A stretch of 64,000 nt of DNA from Bacillales bacterium UBA5026 (GTDB taxonomy: Bacteria > Bacillota_I > Bacilli_A > RF39 > UBA660). The notes beneath the pieces were generated by a model. The model was given only the letters and a program-made list of their open reading frames with translations. It was not told where the DNA came from and did no database searches. The stretch is from the NCBI GenBank assembly GCA_002416285.1, contig DICM01000002.1, forward strand, positions 4,288 through 68,287. The letters are read 5' to 3'. The position numbers were made by a program, and so were the translations under genes. Positions 1 to 10,457 of the stretch are shown here, in pieces; within the stretch, counting starts at the first letter, position 1, and every line of letters starts with the position of its first letter.

Positions 1-387
1 GGTGGTCACATCGAAGCGAATGAAGATCCTGAAACAGCTGTTTACCGGGAAGTAAAAGAAGAAACAAATTTAGATATTACCTTATTAGGAGATCGATATC
101 CAAGACAGGAAGATTATATTAAACCATTTGCTTTACAACGAAATGTTGTAAATGAAAATCATATACACATTGATATTTTCTACATTGCTCTAGCGAATAA
201 TCCAAGTCAGATTAAAGCAAAAGAAGATGAAGTGTTAAATTATAAATGGTTTTCTAAAGATGAAATTATCAACAATGATTTTGACACGTTTCCAGAAAAG
301 AAACAAATGGCAATTGATGCATTAGATTATGTTGATAAATTATCTTTTGATGTAAGAATAAAAACAAAAAATTTAAAAGAGTCATAA
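1..387 (+). CDS. NUDIX hydrolase, C-terminal part (5' end outside window)
   Basis: Frame 1 is open from base 1. GGHIEANEDPETAVYREVKEETNL matches the Nudix box GX5EX7REUXEEXGU. TAA at 385-387 lies inside a terminator hairpin. Confidence 0.8.
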   Translation, partial: GGHIEANEDPETAVYREVKEETNLDITLLGDRYPRQEDYIKPFALQRNVVNENHIHIDIFYIALANNPSQIKAKEDEVLNYKWFSKDEIINNDFDTFPEKKQMAIDALDYVDKLSFDVRIKTKNLKES

Positions 388-406
388 TAGACTCTTTTGC
401 TTTTTC
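375..406 (+). terminator. Rho-independent terminator after the NUDIX gene
   Basis: AAAAGAGTC (375-383) pairs with GACTCTTTT (390-398) around a 6-nt loop, followed by a T-rich tail. Confidence 0.7.
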
Positions 407-488
407 TAAGTAAAAAATTATTCTTAAAAAAATAGTAAAATTAATTATTTTATGATAGAATATATTCTTAAAGAAAGAAGTGTGCTGT

Positions 489-725
489 ATGAATAATGTT
501 GAAATATCTGCTACGTTGTTAGCAGAATTGTATCGGAAAATTGATAAGGATGAAATTATGAGAGAAGATTTAGCAAAGAGTGCTACTTCAATTGGAATTT
601 CCACATTAGAAATGATATCAAAAATTGCTTTAAAAAATGGAAATCAAAAAGTATATCAAACAATAGTCTTTGCTTGTTGTGATGCAATTACAAACATACA
701 AGAGACGTCAAAAATAGCAAAATAG
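489..725 (+). CDS. hypothetical small protein (78 aa from the ATG at 489)
   Basis: ORF only, with no recognisable motif. An extended -10 (TGATAGAAT) lies upstream and a weak hairpin with a T-run follows the stop. Confidence 0.3.
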   Translation: MNNVEISATLLAELYRKIDKDEIMREDLAKSATSIGISTLEMISKIALKNGNQKVYQTIVFACCDAITNIQETSKIAK

Positions 726-748
726 CTATTTTTTTTTAATTGAAATGG

Positions 749-777
749 TTGATTTATACAATGGATTTGCTTATAAT
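749..777 (+). promoter_or_regulatory. sigma-A type promoter (TTGATT-17-TATAAT)
   Basis: TTGATT at 749-754, a 17-nt spacer, TATAAT at 772-777. It lies about 250 nt upstream of the acyltransferase start. Confidence 0.5.
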
Positions 778-1029
778 AGCTCATTATTAAAAGAAGTGAG
801 TGATAAGTAGTATGTTAGAAGTAAAATTAACTAATGAATTAACTGTTAAATAGATTGTTAAAATGCCATACATTCGAGTTTTGGTAAAAAGTATAATATC
901 AATTAGCGATTGATTCGCCAGTATATTAACACACATCATAACAATTGTAACATTATATTTCAAATCACAAAGTATTGCAAAATGGATTTAATTGTGCTAT
1001 ATTCTACTAATAGCATGGGAAGTGTGTCG

Positions 1030-2046
1030 ATGACTGAAAAGAAACATTATATATATTTGGATATTTTAAACATTGTTGCCTGTATTGCAGTTGTATATTT
1101 ACATTGTAACGGAATAGTTCATTCGTTTTCTAATACAATTGCATGGAAGCAGGCTCTCATAATTGAGGTAGTCTGTTATTTTGCAGTACCTATATTTTTA
1201 ATGATAACAGGAGCAAATTTATTAAATTACAGAGAAAAATATGATACTAAAAAATTTTTGCAAAAAAGATTTTTTAAAGTAGTAATTCCTTATATTGTAT
1301 GGTCATATATATATTATATAATATACAGAGATACAGCAAACCCAATTGGATTTGTAAAAGAATTTTTAAATGGTAGCATAGAACCTATATTCTGGTTTTT
1401 TCCGATGATTATTTCATTATATTTAGTAATTCCCATTGTTTCAATTTTTGCGAAAAAAGAATATAAAAAAGAAATTATTTATATGATTATTATTATTTTT
1501 TTATTTCAGTCAATTTTAGATCCTATATGTAAGGTTTTGAATATTTCTTATCCATCAGTATTTTCATATATGAGAAGCGGATTAGGATATTTGATTTTTC
1601 CATTATTAGGTTATATTTTTGCTAATAACGATTTTAAAAAATATTCAAAGTCACTTTATGCATTAACTCTAGTTTGTTGGATAATAAGGTATTTTTATAC
1701 ATATCATTATAGTATTGCAGGGAATATTATTAATAAAAATTTATTTAATTATCTTGGATTTGTAAGTGTAATTCCAGCAATCGCAATTTTTGTTTTTTTT
1801 AAAAATATAAATTGGAATAAATTATTAAATGAAAAAATAAAGTTTGCAATACAATATTTTTCTGCTTGTTCTTTCGGAGTATATTTGATTCATGTATTAT
1901 TAAAATCAAAATTAACTAATTTATTTAGTTTGGATCGGTATTCAATAACTTATAGATTAATTTTTCCAATATTATTGTATCTACTTTGTGTTCTAATTGT
2001 ATTTGTTATAAAAAAATTACCAATTTTTAAAAAAATAGTACCATGA
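1030..2046 (+). CDS. acyltransferase family 3 membrane protein (sugar O-acyltransferase type)
   Basis: The product is multi-TM. The N-terminus HYIYLDILNIVACIAVVYLHCNG is typical of Acyltransferase_3. I chose the ATG at 1030 (GGGAAG RBS) because the longer track ORF from 910 runs across promoter-like sequence (TGCTATATT at 994-1002). Confidence 0.75.
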   Translation: MTEKKHYIYLDILNIVACIAVVYLHCNGIVHSFSNTIAWKQALIIEVVCYFAVPIFLMITGANLLNYREKYDTKKFLQKRFFKVVIPYIVWSYIYYIIYRDTANPIGFVKEFLNGSIEPIFWFFPMIISLYLVIPIVSIFAKKEYKKEIIYMIIIIFLFQSILDPICKVLNISYPSVFSYMRSGLGYLIFPLLGYIFANNDFKKYSKSLYALTLVCWIIRYFYTYHYSIAGNIINKNLFNYLGFVSVIPAIAIFVFFKNINWNKLLNEKIKFAIQYFSACSFGVYLIHVLLKSKLTNLFSLDRYSITYRLIFPILLYLLCVLIVFVIKKLPIFKKIVP

Positions 2047-2373
2047 TACTATTTTTTATTTTTAAACAGTATATGAACTTATATTTTCACGAATAGTGTG
2101 TTACAATTATTTTTAATCTCAATTTTTCATAAATGTTGGATTTTTATTGCGATGACATTACATTTCGATTTAAGATATATGAAAAGATAAAGATTATAAA
2201 ATAAAATATTTGTTAAATGAAATGATAAATATACAAACAGGGTTGCACCCTGTTTTTAAATATGTTAAAATGTGGGTAGTTAATTTTTATAATTTAGTAG
2301 TCTATATTTAGATGATGTTTATGGCATTTTTTGCGCCTTTTTTATACATTTTAAGTGTTATGGGAGTGATTTG

Positions 2374-3063
2374 ATGAACGAAACAGACATATTAAAACAA
2401 GAAGAAACACTTGTTTCAGAGAGTTCTGTTGAAATAGTAGAACCATTATATTACACAATTATTAAAAGAAGTATAGATTTTTTTTGTGGTTTATTTGGAT
2501 GCTTTTTTTTGATTCCATTGACGATTGCAATTAAAATTGCTAGTTTAGCAACAAAGGACACAGCCCCTATTTTTTTTAAACAAGAAAGAATTGGTAGAGA
2601 CGGGAGAACAATTTATATTTATAAATTTCGTTCTATGATACCAAATGCGGATAAAGCACTTGAGAGATTAATTGAAACAGATGAAGCAATAAGAATCGAA
2701 TATAAGCGATATAAAAAATTGAAGAATGATCCAAGAATTACCAAGATCGGAAAGTTCATTCGAGACACTTCTATCGATGAATTTCCTCAATTTATTAATA
2801 TATTAAAAGGGGATATGTCTGTAGTAGGTCCTAGGCCATATTTATTTCGAGAAAAAGAAGATATGGGAGAATATTATGAAACTATTGTAAAAATGAAACC
2901 TGGTCTTACTGGATATTGGCAAGTAAATGGAAGAAGTGGTACTGATTTTGTTGACCGTTTAGTAAAAGATGAGTACTATTTATCTCATCGAGGCATTCGT
3001 ATGGATACAAAGATTATGATAAAGACATTTTCCAAAGTTTTAAAAAAGGAAGGTGCCAAATAG
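2374..3063 (+). CDS. priming polyprenyl-phosphate sugar-1-phosphate transferase (bacterial sugar transferase, CpsE/WbaP C-terminal type)
   Basis: One N-terminal TM, then KFRSM...DEFPQFINILKGDMSVVGPRP...KPGLTGYWQVNGRS, the hallmark motifs of the family. GGGAG RBS upstream. Confidence 0.9.
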   Translation: MNETDILKQEETLVSESSVEIVEPLYYTIIKRSIDFFCGLFGCFFLIPLTIAIKIASLATKDTAPIFFKQERIGRDGRTIYIYKFRSMIPNADKALERLIETDEAIRIEYKRYKKLKNDPRITKIGKFIRDTSIDEFPQFINILKGDMSVVGPRPYLFREKEDMGEYYETIVKMKPGLTGYWQVNGRSGTDFVDRLVKDEYYLSHRGIRMDTKIMIKTFSKVLKKEGAK

Positions 3064-3845
3064 TGAAGAGGATTAAAGTGTTGGTAGTGACACATAAAGA
3101 GTACAAGATGCCAGAAGATGAATGCTATTTGCCCATCCAGGTAGGAACACATAATAAAATTGATTTGGGTTATACAAAAGATAATACAGGAGTAAATATC
3201 GCAACAAAAAATCCAAAATACTGTGAATTAACCGCTATGTATTGGGCATGGAAAAATTTAGATGCAGAATATATCGGAATCACACATTACAGAAGACATT
3301 TAGGAACGATTAATACAGTAAAATCTAAAAATCCTTATGATAATATCATAAAAATGGTTGAAATTGATCAACTACTAAATAATACAGATATTATTTTACC
3401 AAAAAAAAGAAATTATTATATTGAAACTTTATACTCACATTACAAAAATACTTTGTATGTTGAGCCGTTGGATAAAACGCGGGATATTCTTGAACAATTA
3501 TATCCGGCATATATTCCTTTCTTTGACAAAATTAAAAAGAGAAGATCAGGGCATATGTTTAATATGTTTATTATGGAGAAAGCGAAATTTGACGATTATT
3601 GTGAATGGTTGTTTCAAATATTAGGAGAATTAGAGAATCAGATTGACGATTCTATCTATGATTCGTTTCATAAAAGATTTTATGGACGAATTAGTGAATT
3701 GTTGTTAGATGTTTGGATAGAAAAAAACAATTACTCATATAAAGAGATTCCTTATGTAAATATGGAACAAAATAATGTTTTAAAAAAAGGAACATCATTT
3801 TTAATAGCGAAATTTACAAAGAAGAAATATGGGAAGAGTTTTTGA
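3063..3845 (+). CDS. DUF4422-type glycosyltransferase-like protein
   Basis: IKVLVVTHKEYKMPEDECYLPIQVG...YCELTAMYWAWKN...GITHYRRH is the characteristic DUF4422 N-terminal pattern. The GTG start overlaps the upstream TAG. Confidence 0.75.
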   Translation: MKRIKVLVVTHKEYKMPEDECYLPIQVGTHNKIDLGYTKDNTGVNIATKNPKYCELTAMYWAWKNLDAEYIGITHYRRHLGTINTVKSKNPYDNIIKMVEIDQLLNNTDIILPKKRNYYIETLYSHYKNTLYVEPLDKTRDILEQLYPAYIPFFDKIKKRRSGHMFNMFIMEKAKFDDYCEWLFQILGELENQIDDSIYDSFHKRFYGRISELLLDVWIEKNNYSYKEIPYVNMEQNNVLKKGTSFLIAKFTKKKYGKSF

Positions 3846-3956
3846 TAGAAAAATTAGATTATTAATAAAAATATTTTAATATGATTATCGTAATTCTGAT
3901 AATACAATTAAACAAAATAGCAATGCATCAAGCATATGAATTATAGGTGAGTAGAG

Positions 3957-5027
3957 ATGATTATTTATATATTATTAATCGGACTATGTTTGTTCGGACA
4001 ATTTTTTGTTAATTCAAAAAACAAAAAATATTATTTTGAAATATTAGTTTTGTTGTGTACAATGGTTTCTGCATTTAGATTTCAAGTTGGGCAGGATTAT
4101 CAGCATGTGACAGATGTTTATAATTGGATTGCAAATGGATATGATGTATACGTAGAATTTGGGTATAAGTTAATGAATGAAATTATCTTATTCATACCAT
4201 TCTTTAATGAAAAAATTTTATATATTATTACTTCCTTTTTTATAATTATTATGTTTGGGATTTTTATAAAAAGAACTGTCTCAAAGGAATACTGGTTGTT
4301 ATCTTTATTTTTATTTATTACCACAGGAATTTACTTTGCTTCTATGAATTTAGTCCGTCAATATATGGCAATAGCAATATGCTTGTTGGCTATATTGAAG
4401 TTGGATAGAGCTAAGAATATCCAGTTTGTTATATTAACTTTTATTGCAATAACATTTCATACAAGCGCTCTAATTATGTTTGCTTTTGCATTGTTTTATA
4501 TTCTATTGAAAAAAACAAACAGCACTACTATTATGTGGATAATATATTCTCTGTCATTAGTATTTATAATAATTGATTTAAGGCAGCTAATAGAATTTTT
4601 TAGTTTTCTGATACCAGATCGTTGGAAATGGTATTTAGATTCTAATTTTCTGAATGATAGAAATACTAGTGCGATTGTTAAACAATTGATACCAAATATA
4701 ATAGTTGTGTATTCAATTGTAAAAAACAAAGAATTGAAAAAACATTATGACAAATTTGATATTTCATTTGCTTTAATATTTATGTCTACTATAATAACTA
4801 ATTGTTTTTATGGGATTCTTGTTTTGTTGAGGCTTTCGAATTATTTCGATTTTGGTTTTTTGATTATAATTCCAATTATTTTTGACTATTTAGTAAAATA
4901 TGATAAAAAAATAAAATTATCTAAGTTTTATATAATTAGTATTATTGTTTACTATTTATTATTAACAGTGATGACGATTTTTATAATGAATGGGCATGGG
5001 GTAATGCCTTACAAAACAATATTTTGA
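3957..5027 (+). CDS. EpsG-family polysaccharide polymerase (Wzy-like)
   Basis: About 10 TM segments. FRFQVGQDYQHV near the N-terminus is typical of EpsG. The gene sits inside a glycan locus. Confidence 0.7.
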   Translation: MIIYILLIGLCLFGQFFVNSKNKKYYFEILVLLCTMVSAFRFQVGQDYQHVTDVYNWIANGYDVYVEFGYKLMNEIILFIPFFNEKILYIITSFFIIIMFGIFIKRTVSKEYWLLSLFLFITTGIYFASMNLVRQYMAIAICLLAILKLDRAKNIQFVILTFIAITFHTSALIMFAFALFYILLKKTNSTTIMWIIYSLSLVFIIIDLRQLIEFFSFLIPDRWKWYLDSNFLNDRNTSAIVKQLIPNIIVVYSIVKNKELKKHYDKFDISFALIFMSTIITNCFYGILVLLRLSNYFDFGFLIIIPIIFDYLVKYDKKIKLSKFYIISIIVYYLLLTVMTIFIMNGHGVMPYKTIF

Positions 5028-5028
5028 A

Positions 5029-6114
5029 ATGGGATGTTTAAAAATTATGAGTAAAGAAAAAATTTCAGTTATAGTACCAGTTTATAACGCAGAAAAATAT
5101 TTAGAAAAATGTGTGAATTCTATTATAATACAAACGTATAGAAACATAGAAATATTATTAATTGATGATGGATCAACAGATTCTAGTTCTAAAATTTGTG
5201 ATCTACTTGCTAAAAAGGATTCAAGAATCAAAGTTTTTCATTTACAAAACGAGGGGGTTTCACATGCCCGTAATATAGGAATTGAAAATTCCTTAGGAAC
5301 TTGGGTTTGCTTTGTGGATAGTGATGACTGGCTAGAAGAAAACATGATTGAAACTTTAGTATCCAAATTAGAGGAAGATACTGAAATAATTATGACAAAT
5401 TGTGTAGTCGAATATGATTCCAAGAATTTTAAGGTTAATATCTTAGGAGATAAAGAAAAAAAGTATGATTACAAAAATAAAGATGAATTGATTATGAATA
5501 TATTATGTAGACAAATGACCTCAAACAGAAAAAAAATTATCAATATTGGTGCACCTTGGGGGAAACTATATAATAGGAAGTTTTTAATTGATAATCAATT
5601 AATGTTTATATATGGAATAAAGCGAATGCAAGATAATTTATTCAATTTATATTGTATTAAAAAAGCGAAAAAAATTTTATATGTAAATGATTATATATAT
5701 CATTATCGTATAAATGATTCCTCTGCTTGTTATAAATATAACAATAAGGTTACGGAAGTATTTGTTCCCGTTTTAAATGAGTTTCATAAATTTGTTTTTA
5801 GTTCCGAAAACTCAGATGAAATAAAATCGGCATATTATTGTAGGACCGTTTTAATATTTGCAGAGATGTTAAAAATAGGACCATTTCATTATAAAAACAA
5901 AAAATCTATCTTTGATAAACTTAAAGAAGCAAAGAAGATAAGAAAATTAGAAATATTTGAAAATATTGATGAAAAAAAATATAGAAAAACATGTAATAAA
6001 AAAACAAAAATTTTACTTCATTTTTATAATAAAAAAAATTATAGTTTCTTATATATTTTAAATTGGCTAAATGAATATACAAAAAAAATGGCTGGAAGAA
6101 TTAATAATAAATAA
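5029..6114 (+). CDS. glycosyltransferase family 2
   Basis: ISVIVPVYNAEKYLEKCVNSI...LLIDDGSTD...VDSDDW are GT-A/GT2 motifs. An alternative start exists at 5047. Confidence 0.85.
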   Translation: MGCLKIMSKEKISVIVPVYNAEKYLEKCVNSIIIQTYRNIEILLIDDGSTDSSSKICDLLAKKDSRIKVFHLQNEGVSHARNIGIENSLGTWVCFVDSDDWLEENMIETLVSKLEEDTEIIMTNCVVEYDSKNFKVNILGDKEKKYDYKNKDELIMNILCRQMTSNRKKIINIGAPWGKLYNRKFLIDNQLMFIYGIKRMQDNLFNLYCIKKAKKILYVNDYIYHYRINDSSACYKYNNKVTEVFVPVLNEFHKFVFSSENSDEIKSAYYCRTVLIFAEMLKIGPFHYKNKKSIFDKLKEAKKIRKLEIFENIDEKKYRKTCNKKTKILLHFYNKKNYSFLYILNWLNEYTKKMAGRINNK

Positions 6115-6140
6115 AATTTTGAAATTAGAGGAGTTAAATT

Positions 6141-7253
6141 ATGAAATACGATTATTTGATAGTTGGAGCTGGATTGTACGGTTCCATATTTGCTTATGAA
6201 ATGACAAAAAAAGGTAAAAAATGTTTAGTTATCGATCGAAGAAATCATATCGGTGGTAATATCTATTGTGAAAATATTAATGGAATCAACGTTCATAAAT
6301 ATGGTGCACATATATTTCATACGAGTAATAAAGAGGTATGGGATTATATTAATCAATTTACAGAATTTAATAATTATATCAATTCGCCTATCGCAAACTA
6401 CAAGGGAGAATTATACAATTTGCCATTTAACATGAATACATTCACTAAGTTGTGGAATGATGTTATTACTCCAATGGATGCAATAAAAAAAATAGAGCAG
6501 CAAAAGAAAGAATTGAATGGAAAAGAACCTGTAAATTTAGAGGAACAAGCTATTTCTCTTGTTGGTAAAGATATTTATATTAAATTAATTAAGGGTTATA
6601 CAGAAAAGCAATGGGGAAAGAATTGTATCGATTTACCTTCTTTTATTATAAAACGGTTACCTGTTCGTTTTACTTTTGATAATAATTATTTTAATGATCG
6701 GTATCAAGGTATACCAATAGGTGGATATAATACGATAATTGAAAAATTATTGATTAATTGTGATGTTGAATTAAATGTTGATTACTTAAAAAATAAAGAA
6801 AAATATAATCGATTAGCCGAAAAAATATTATATACCGGTATGATTGATGAGTATTATGATTATTGTTATGGAAATTTAGAATATCGATCATTAAAATTTG
6901 AAAATGAAGTTTATTTGGATATAGATAATTATCAAGGAAATGCAGTAGTAAATTATACAGAACGAGAAATTCCTTATACTAGAATTATCGAACATAAACA
7001 TTTTGAATTTAATGATTGTAAAGGGACAATCATTACAAAGGAATATCCAAGTGATTGGAAAATTGGTGATGATGCATATTATCCAGTCAATGATAAAAGA
7101 AATACAGAATTGTTTAATCAATATTTACAACTTTCAGAAAAGGAAAAAAATGTTTGTTTTGGTGGGAGATTAGGTAATTATAAATATTATGATATGGATA
7201 AAGTAATAAATAGTTCACTAGAAATGGTGAATAAAGTTATGGGAAATAGATAA
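6141..7253 (+). CDS. glf: UDP-galactopyranose mutase
   Basis: YDYLIVGAGLYGSIFAYEMTKKGKKCLVIDRRNHIGGN is the FAD fold. HKYGAHIFHT and YYPVNDKRN are also present. Length is about 370 aa. Confidence 0.95.
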   Translation: MKYDYLIVGAGLYGSIFAYEMTKKGKKCLVIDRRNHIGGNIYCENINGINVHKYGAHIFHTSNKEVWDYINQFTEFNNYINSPIANYKGELYNLPFNMNTFTKLWNDVITPMDAIKKIEQQKKELNGKEPVNLEEQAISLVGKDIYIKLIKGYTEKQWGKNCIDLPSFIIKRLPVRFTFDNNYFNDRYQGIPIGGYNTIIEKLLINCDVELNVDYLKNKEKYNRLAEKILYTGMIDEYYDYCYGNLEYRSLKFENEVYLDIDNYQGNAVVNYTEREIPYTRIIEHKHFEFNDCKGTIITKEYPSDWKIGDDAYYPVNDKRNTELFNQYLQLSEKEKNVCFGGRLGNYKYYDMDKVINSSLEMVNKVMGNR

Positions 7254-8116
7254 TGAAAAATTCAAAATTTTCTTTCGTTATTTTACATTATATTGCAATT
7301 GAAGATACTATAAAATGTGTCGACTCTATTTTAGCAAACTGTATTTCAGATTTTCAGATAGTAATTGTAGACAATGCATCACCAAATAATAGCGGTGTTG
7401 TTCTTGAGAGAAAGTATAAGGATAACACCAATATCCATGTTATACTAAATTCTAAAAATATAGGTTTTTCAAGAGGAAACAATGTTGGTTTTCATTATGC
7501 AAAAACTATTTTAAATCCAGATTTTATTATTCTTTGTAATAATGATACCTTATTGTTAGAGTCTACTTTCTGTAAAAAAGTTATTGAAGAATATAACACT
7601 AGTCAATTTTCTGTACTCGGTCCTAAAATTTATTTAAAAAATAATGAAGTTAATAATTTGAAAATCAATTTACCATCTATTACAAATGAAAAAAAATTAA
7701 TTATTAAATTAAAAATAAAATATTTATTTTATTGTGGTCACTTACAATTTATTTATCAAATGGTAAAAGGAAAAATAATAGGAAAGAGTATGGATAGTGC
7801 CAATAATAGTAATGTTAACTGCAGACATGAAAATATTGTTTTACATGGATGTTTTTGGATATTTTCTAAAGAATACTTTAATAAATTTGATGGTCTTGAT
7901 GATAGTACATTTTTATATTGTGAAGAAGAATTACTTTATATAAGATTAGAAAAAAACAGATTATTGTCAGTTTATAATCCTGAAATTAAAATTTTACATA
8001 ATGAGGATGCAGCGACTAACGCTATGGCAAAAACTAATCGAAAAAAGCAGCTATTTGTTTGCAAACATTTAATTAAATCTAACAAGATACTTTTAAGAAA
8101 GATGAGGGAGAAATAA
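7253..8116 (+). CDS. glycosyltransferase family 2
   Basis: FSFVILHY...IVIVDNASPNNSG...KNIGFSRGNNVGF. The start overlaps the glf stop. Confidence 0.8.
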   Translation: MKNSKFSFVILHYIAIEDTIKCVDSILANCISDFQIVIVDNASPNNSGVVLERKYKDNTNIHVILNSKNIGFSRGNNVGFHYAKTILNPDFIILCNNDTLLLESTFCKKVIEEYNTSQFSVLGPKIYLKNNEVNNLKINLPSITNEKKLIIKLKIKYLFYCGHLQFIYQMVKGKIIGKSMDSANNSNVNCRHENIVLHGCFWIFSKEYFNKFDGLDDSTFLYCEEELLYIRLEKNRLLSVYNPEIKILHNEDAATNAMAKTNRKKQLFVCKHLIKSNKILLRKMREK

Positions 8117-9039
8117 TGAATATAGGTGTAGTTTTAGTAACATATAATAGGCTTGAAAAATTAAAAACAGCATTAGAATTATATGATAGTCAGTCATTTT
8201 TACCAAAGTATATTTTGATTGTTAATAATAATAGCAATGATGGAACGAGGGAATATTTAGAAACTTGGTTAAATAATAAAAAAGATTATAGGAAAATAGT
8301 ATTTCATTTAGAAACTAATATTGGTGGAAGTGGTGGCTTTAATTATGGTTTAAAGGAAGCCAGTAAATTAGATAGTGACTGGATATGGGTTTCAGATGAT
8401 GATGCTTTTCCAGAGCTTAATGCTTTCGAAAATATTAATACATTTTATCAAAAATTTAATAACAAAAAAGATTTAGTTTCTATTTGTGGTCAAGTATTGA
8501 ATAACGGAAGTCCTGATGTGAATCACAGAAGATATATAAAAAAAGGCCTTTTTAACATAAAACAAAACAAATCTAATTTAGAAGATTATTTAAAACCATA
8601 TTTTTTCATTGATTTGTTTTCATATGTCGGTACTTTAATAAGAAAAGATATTTTATTAGATATTGGATATCCCAAGAAAGATTATTTTATATATTATGAT
8701 GATACAGAGCATAGTTATAGGTTATCATTGAAAGGAAAAATTGTTTGTGTTCCCAATGTAATTATCCATCATGATACAGGAAATAATAACACTATAGATT
8801 GGAAGCTTTATTATAATATCAGAAATAAATTAGATTTTATCAAAAATCATTTTAAGAAAAGGTATTATATATATAATATAGGGTTAATTAAAACAAAGGA
8901 TTGGGCTCGCAGATTAACACGTTGTGGTTATGATGAAATAATTAGTGATATAAAACAATCCGCTATTAGAGATTCTAAAAACAATAAATTTGGTTTACAT
9001 TCTGTGTATAAACCAGGATGGAAATATCACAAAAGATAA
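8116..9039 (+). CDS. glycosyltransferase family 2 (WbbL/GlfT-like subgroup)
   Basis: IGVVLVTYNRLEKLK...IVNNNSNDGT...NIGGSGGFNYG...VSDDDAFP. Confidence 0.8.
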   Translation: MNIGVVLVTYNRLEKLKTALELYDSQSFLPKYILIVNNNSNDGTREYLETWLNNKKDYRKIVFHLETNIGGSGGFNYGLKEASKLDSDWIWVSDDDAFPELNAFENINTFYQKFNNKKDLVSICGQVLNNGSPDVNHRRYIKKGLFNIKQNKSNLEDYLKPYFFIDLFSYVGTLIRKDILLDIGYPKKDYFIYYDDTEHSYRLSLKGKIVCVPNVIIHHDTGNNNTIDWKLYYNIRNKLDFIKNHFKKRYYIYNIGLIKTKDWARRLTRCGYDEIISDIKQSAIRDSKNNKFGLHSVYKPGWKYHKR

Positions 9040-9061
9040 TTAAATTAATGGAGATGAAAAG

Positions 9062-10384
9062 ATGAAAATAGCAGTAGCAGGTACAGGGTATGTCGGATTA
9101 GTTACGGGAGTTGTATTTGCACATATTGGACATAATGTAACTTGTGTTGATGTTGACGAAAATAAAATAGAAAAAATGAAAAATGGAATTAGTCCAATCT
9201 ATGAACAGGATTTAGAAAAATTAATGTTAGTAAATAAGGAAAGATTAACTTATACTACAGATTATAAAGAGGCTTATAAAGATGCAGATGTTATTTTTAT
9301 TGGTGTTGGAACACCGGAGAGATCTGATGGCAGTGCTAATTTAGAATATGTATATAAAGTTTGTGATAATATAGCAGAGTCAATTGAAAAGGATTGTGTA
9401 GTAGTAGTAAAATCTACTGTTCCAATAGGAACTAATGATGAGGTTGAAAAGTATATACAAAAAAATATTAAGAGAACTGTAAATGTGTATGTAGCAAGTA
9501 ATCCCGAATTTTTAGCACAAGGTACAGCCGTTCATGACACTTTATATGCTTCGAGGATTGTAGTGGGAACAGAGAATGAATCTGCTAAAAAGATAATGGA
9601 AGACGTATATTTACCTTTGACAAGAGAACCTTATAATGTTCCGTATTTAAATATGAATCGAAGAAGTGCTGAAATGGTCAAATATGCTTCAAATGATTTT
9701 TTAGCTCTTAAAATATCATACATTAATGAAATCTCTAACTTTTGTGAAAAAACAGGCGCAGATATTAATGACGTTACTAGAGGAATGAGTTTTGACTCAA
9801 GAATTGGAAGTAAATTCTTAAATCCTGGAGTGGGGTATGGTGGAAGTTGTTTTCCGAAAGATACAAAAGCACTTCATCGATTAAGTGTTGAACTAGACTC
9901 AGAATTAAAAACAATCCAAGCCTGTATTGAAGTTAATAAAAAACAGAAGTTACATTTATTTGACTCAATTATAGAAGACTTTAAAGAATTAAAAGGATTA
10001 AATGTTGGTGTTTTAGGAACATCATTTAAGCCGGGAACTGATGATTTAAGAGAAGCTCCAGCAATTGAAAATGTGAAATTATTATTAGAATATGGTTGTA
10101 ATATAACAGTCTATGATCCTGTATCATTAGATAATTTTAGTAAAATTTTTGGCAATAAAATAAATTATGAACTAAATTTAGAAAAATGTATTTCTAATAA
10201 AGATTTTGTAATGATTATGACTGAATGGGATCAGATAAAAAATATAAAACCGGAGGTATATGATTCTTTAATGAAAACACCGTATATCTATGATGGTAGA
10301 AATTGCTATGATTTAATTGAAATGAAATCTGCACATGTGAAATATGTTTCTATGGGTAGAAACATAATTGATAATTTAAAATAA
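9062..10384 (+). CDS. ugd: UDP-glucose 6-dehydrogenase
   Basis: MKIAVAGTGYVGLV (NAD fold), the catalytic GGSCFPKDT motif, and a length of 440 aa. Confidence 0.93.
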   Translation: MKIAVAGTGYVGLVTGVVFAHIGHNVTCVDVDENKIEKMKNGISPIYEQDLEKLMLVNKERLTYTTDYKEAYKDADVIFIGVGTPERSDGSANLEYVYKVCDNIAESIEKDCVVVVKSTVPIGTNDEVEKYIQKNIKRTVNVYVASNPEFLAQGTAVHDTLYASRIVVGTENESAKKIMEDVYLPLTREPYNVPYLNMNRRSAEMVKYASNDFLALKISYINEISNFCEKTGADINDVTRGMSFDSRIGSKFLNPGVGYGGSCFPKDTKALHRLSVELDSELKTIQACIEVNKKQKLHLFDSIIEDFKELKGLNVGVLGTSFKPGTDDLREAPAIENVKLLLEYGCNITVYDPVSLDNFSKIFGNKINYELNLEKCISNKDFVMIMTEWDQIKNIKPEVYDSLMKTPYIYDGRNCYDLIEMKSAHVKYVSMGRNIIDNLK

Positions 10385-10457
10385 AATTGAGTTGAATTTT
10401 AGAATGTGTCATAATGCAGAATAGTTATAACACATTTTTTTTAGGAAGAAGTGAATT

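Noticed and set aside
269-604. 111-aa minus-strand ORF spanning the NUDIX 3' end, its terminator and the next promoter region.
   Set aside because: It crosses a terminator hairpin and intergenic AT-rich DNA, and it has no RBS or motif. An AT-rich genome generates such ORFs by chance.
910-1029. Upstream extension of the acyltransferase ORF. The same type of over-extension occurs at 23637, 27872, 34533, 35970, 36011, 38267, 39177, 42994, 57093, 58108, 59813 and 60843.
   Set aside because: The extensions cover promoter -10 boxes or hairpins, lack an RBS, and would bury signal peptides or conserved N-termini. Internal ATGs with good Shine-Dalgarno spacing were used instead.
2322-2345. Possible attenuator hairpin (GGCA-TTTTT-TGCGCC plus a T-run) in the leader of the glycan operon.
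   Set aside because: The stem is only 3-4 bp with a bulge, which is too weak to call.
3400-6110. A8 homopolymer tracts inside glycosyltransferase genes (for example about 3401-3408, and several in 5940-6090), considered as phase-variation switches.
   Set aside because: A7-A8 runs encoding Lys-Lys are frequent throughout this roughly 30% GC sequence, including in housekeeping genes. There is no enrichment or frame evidence.
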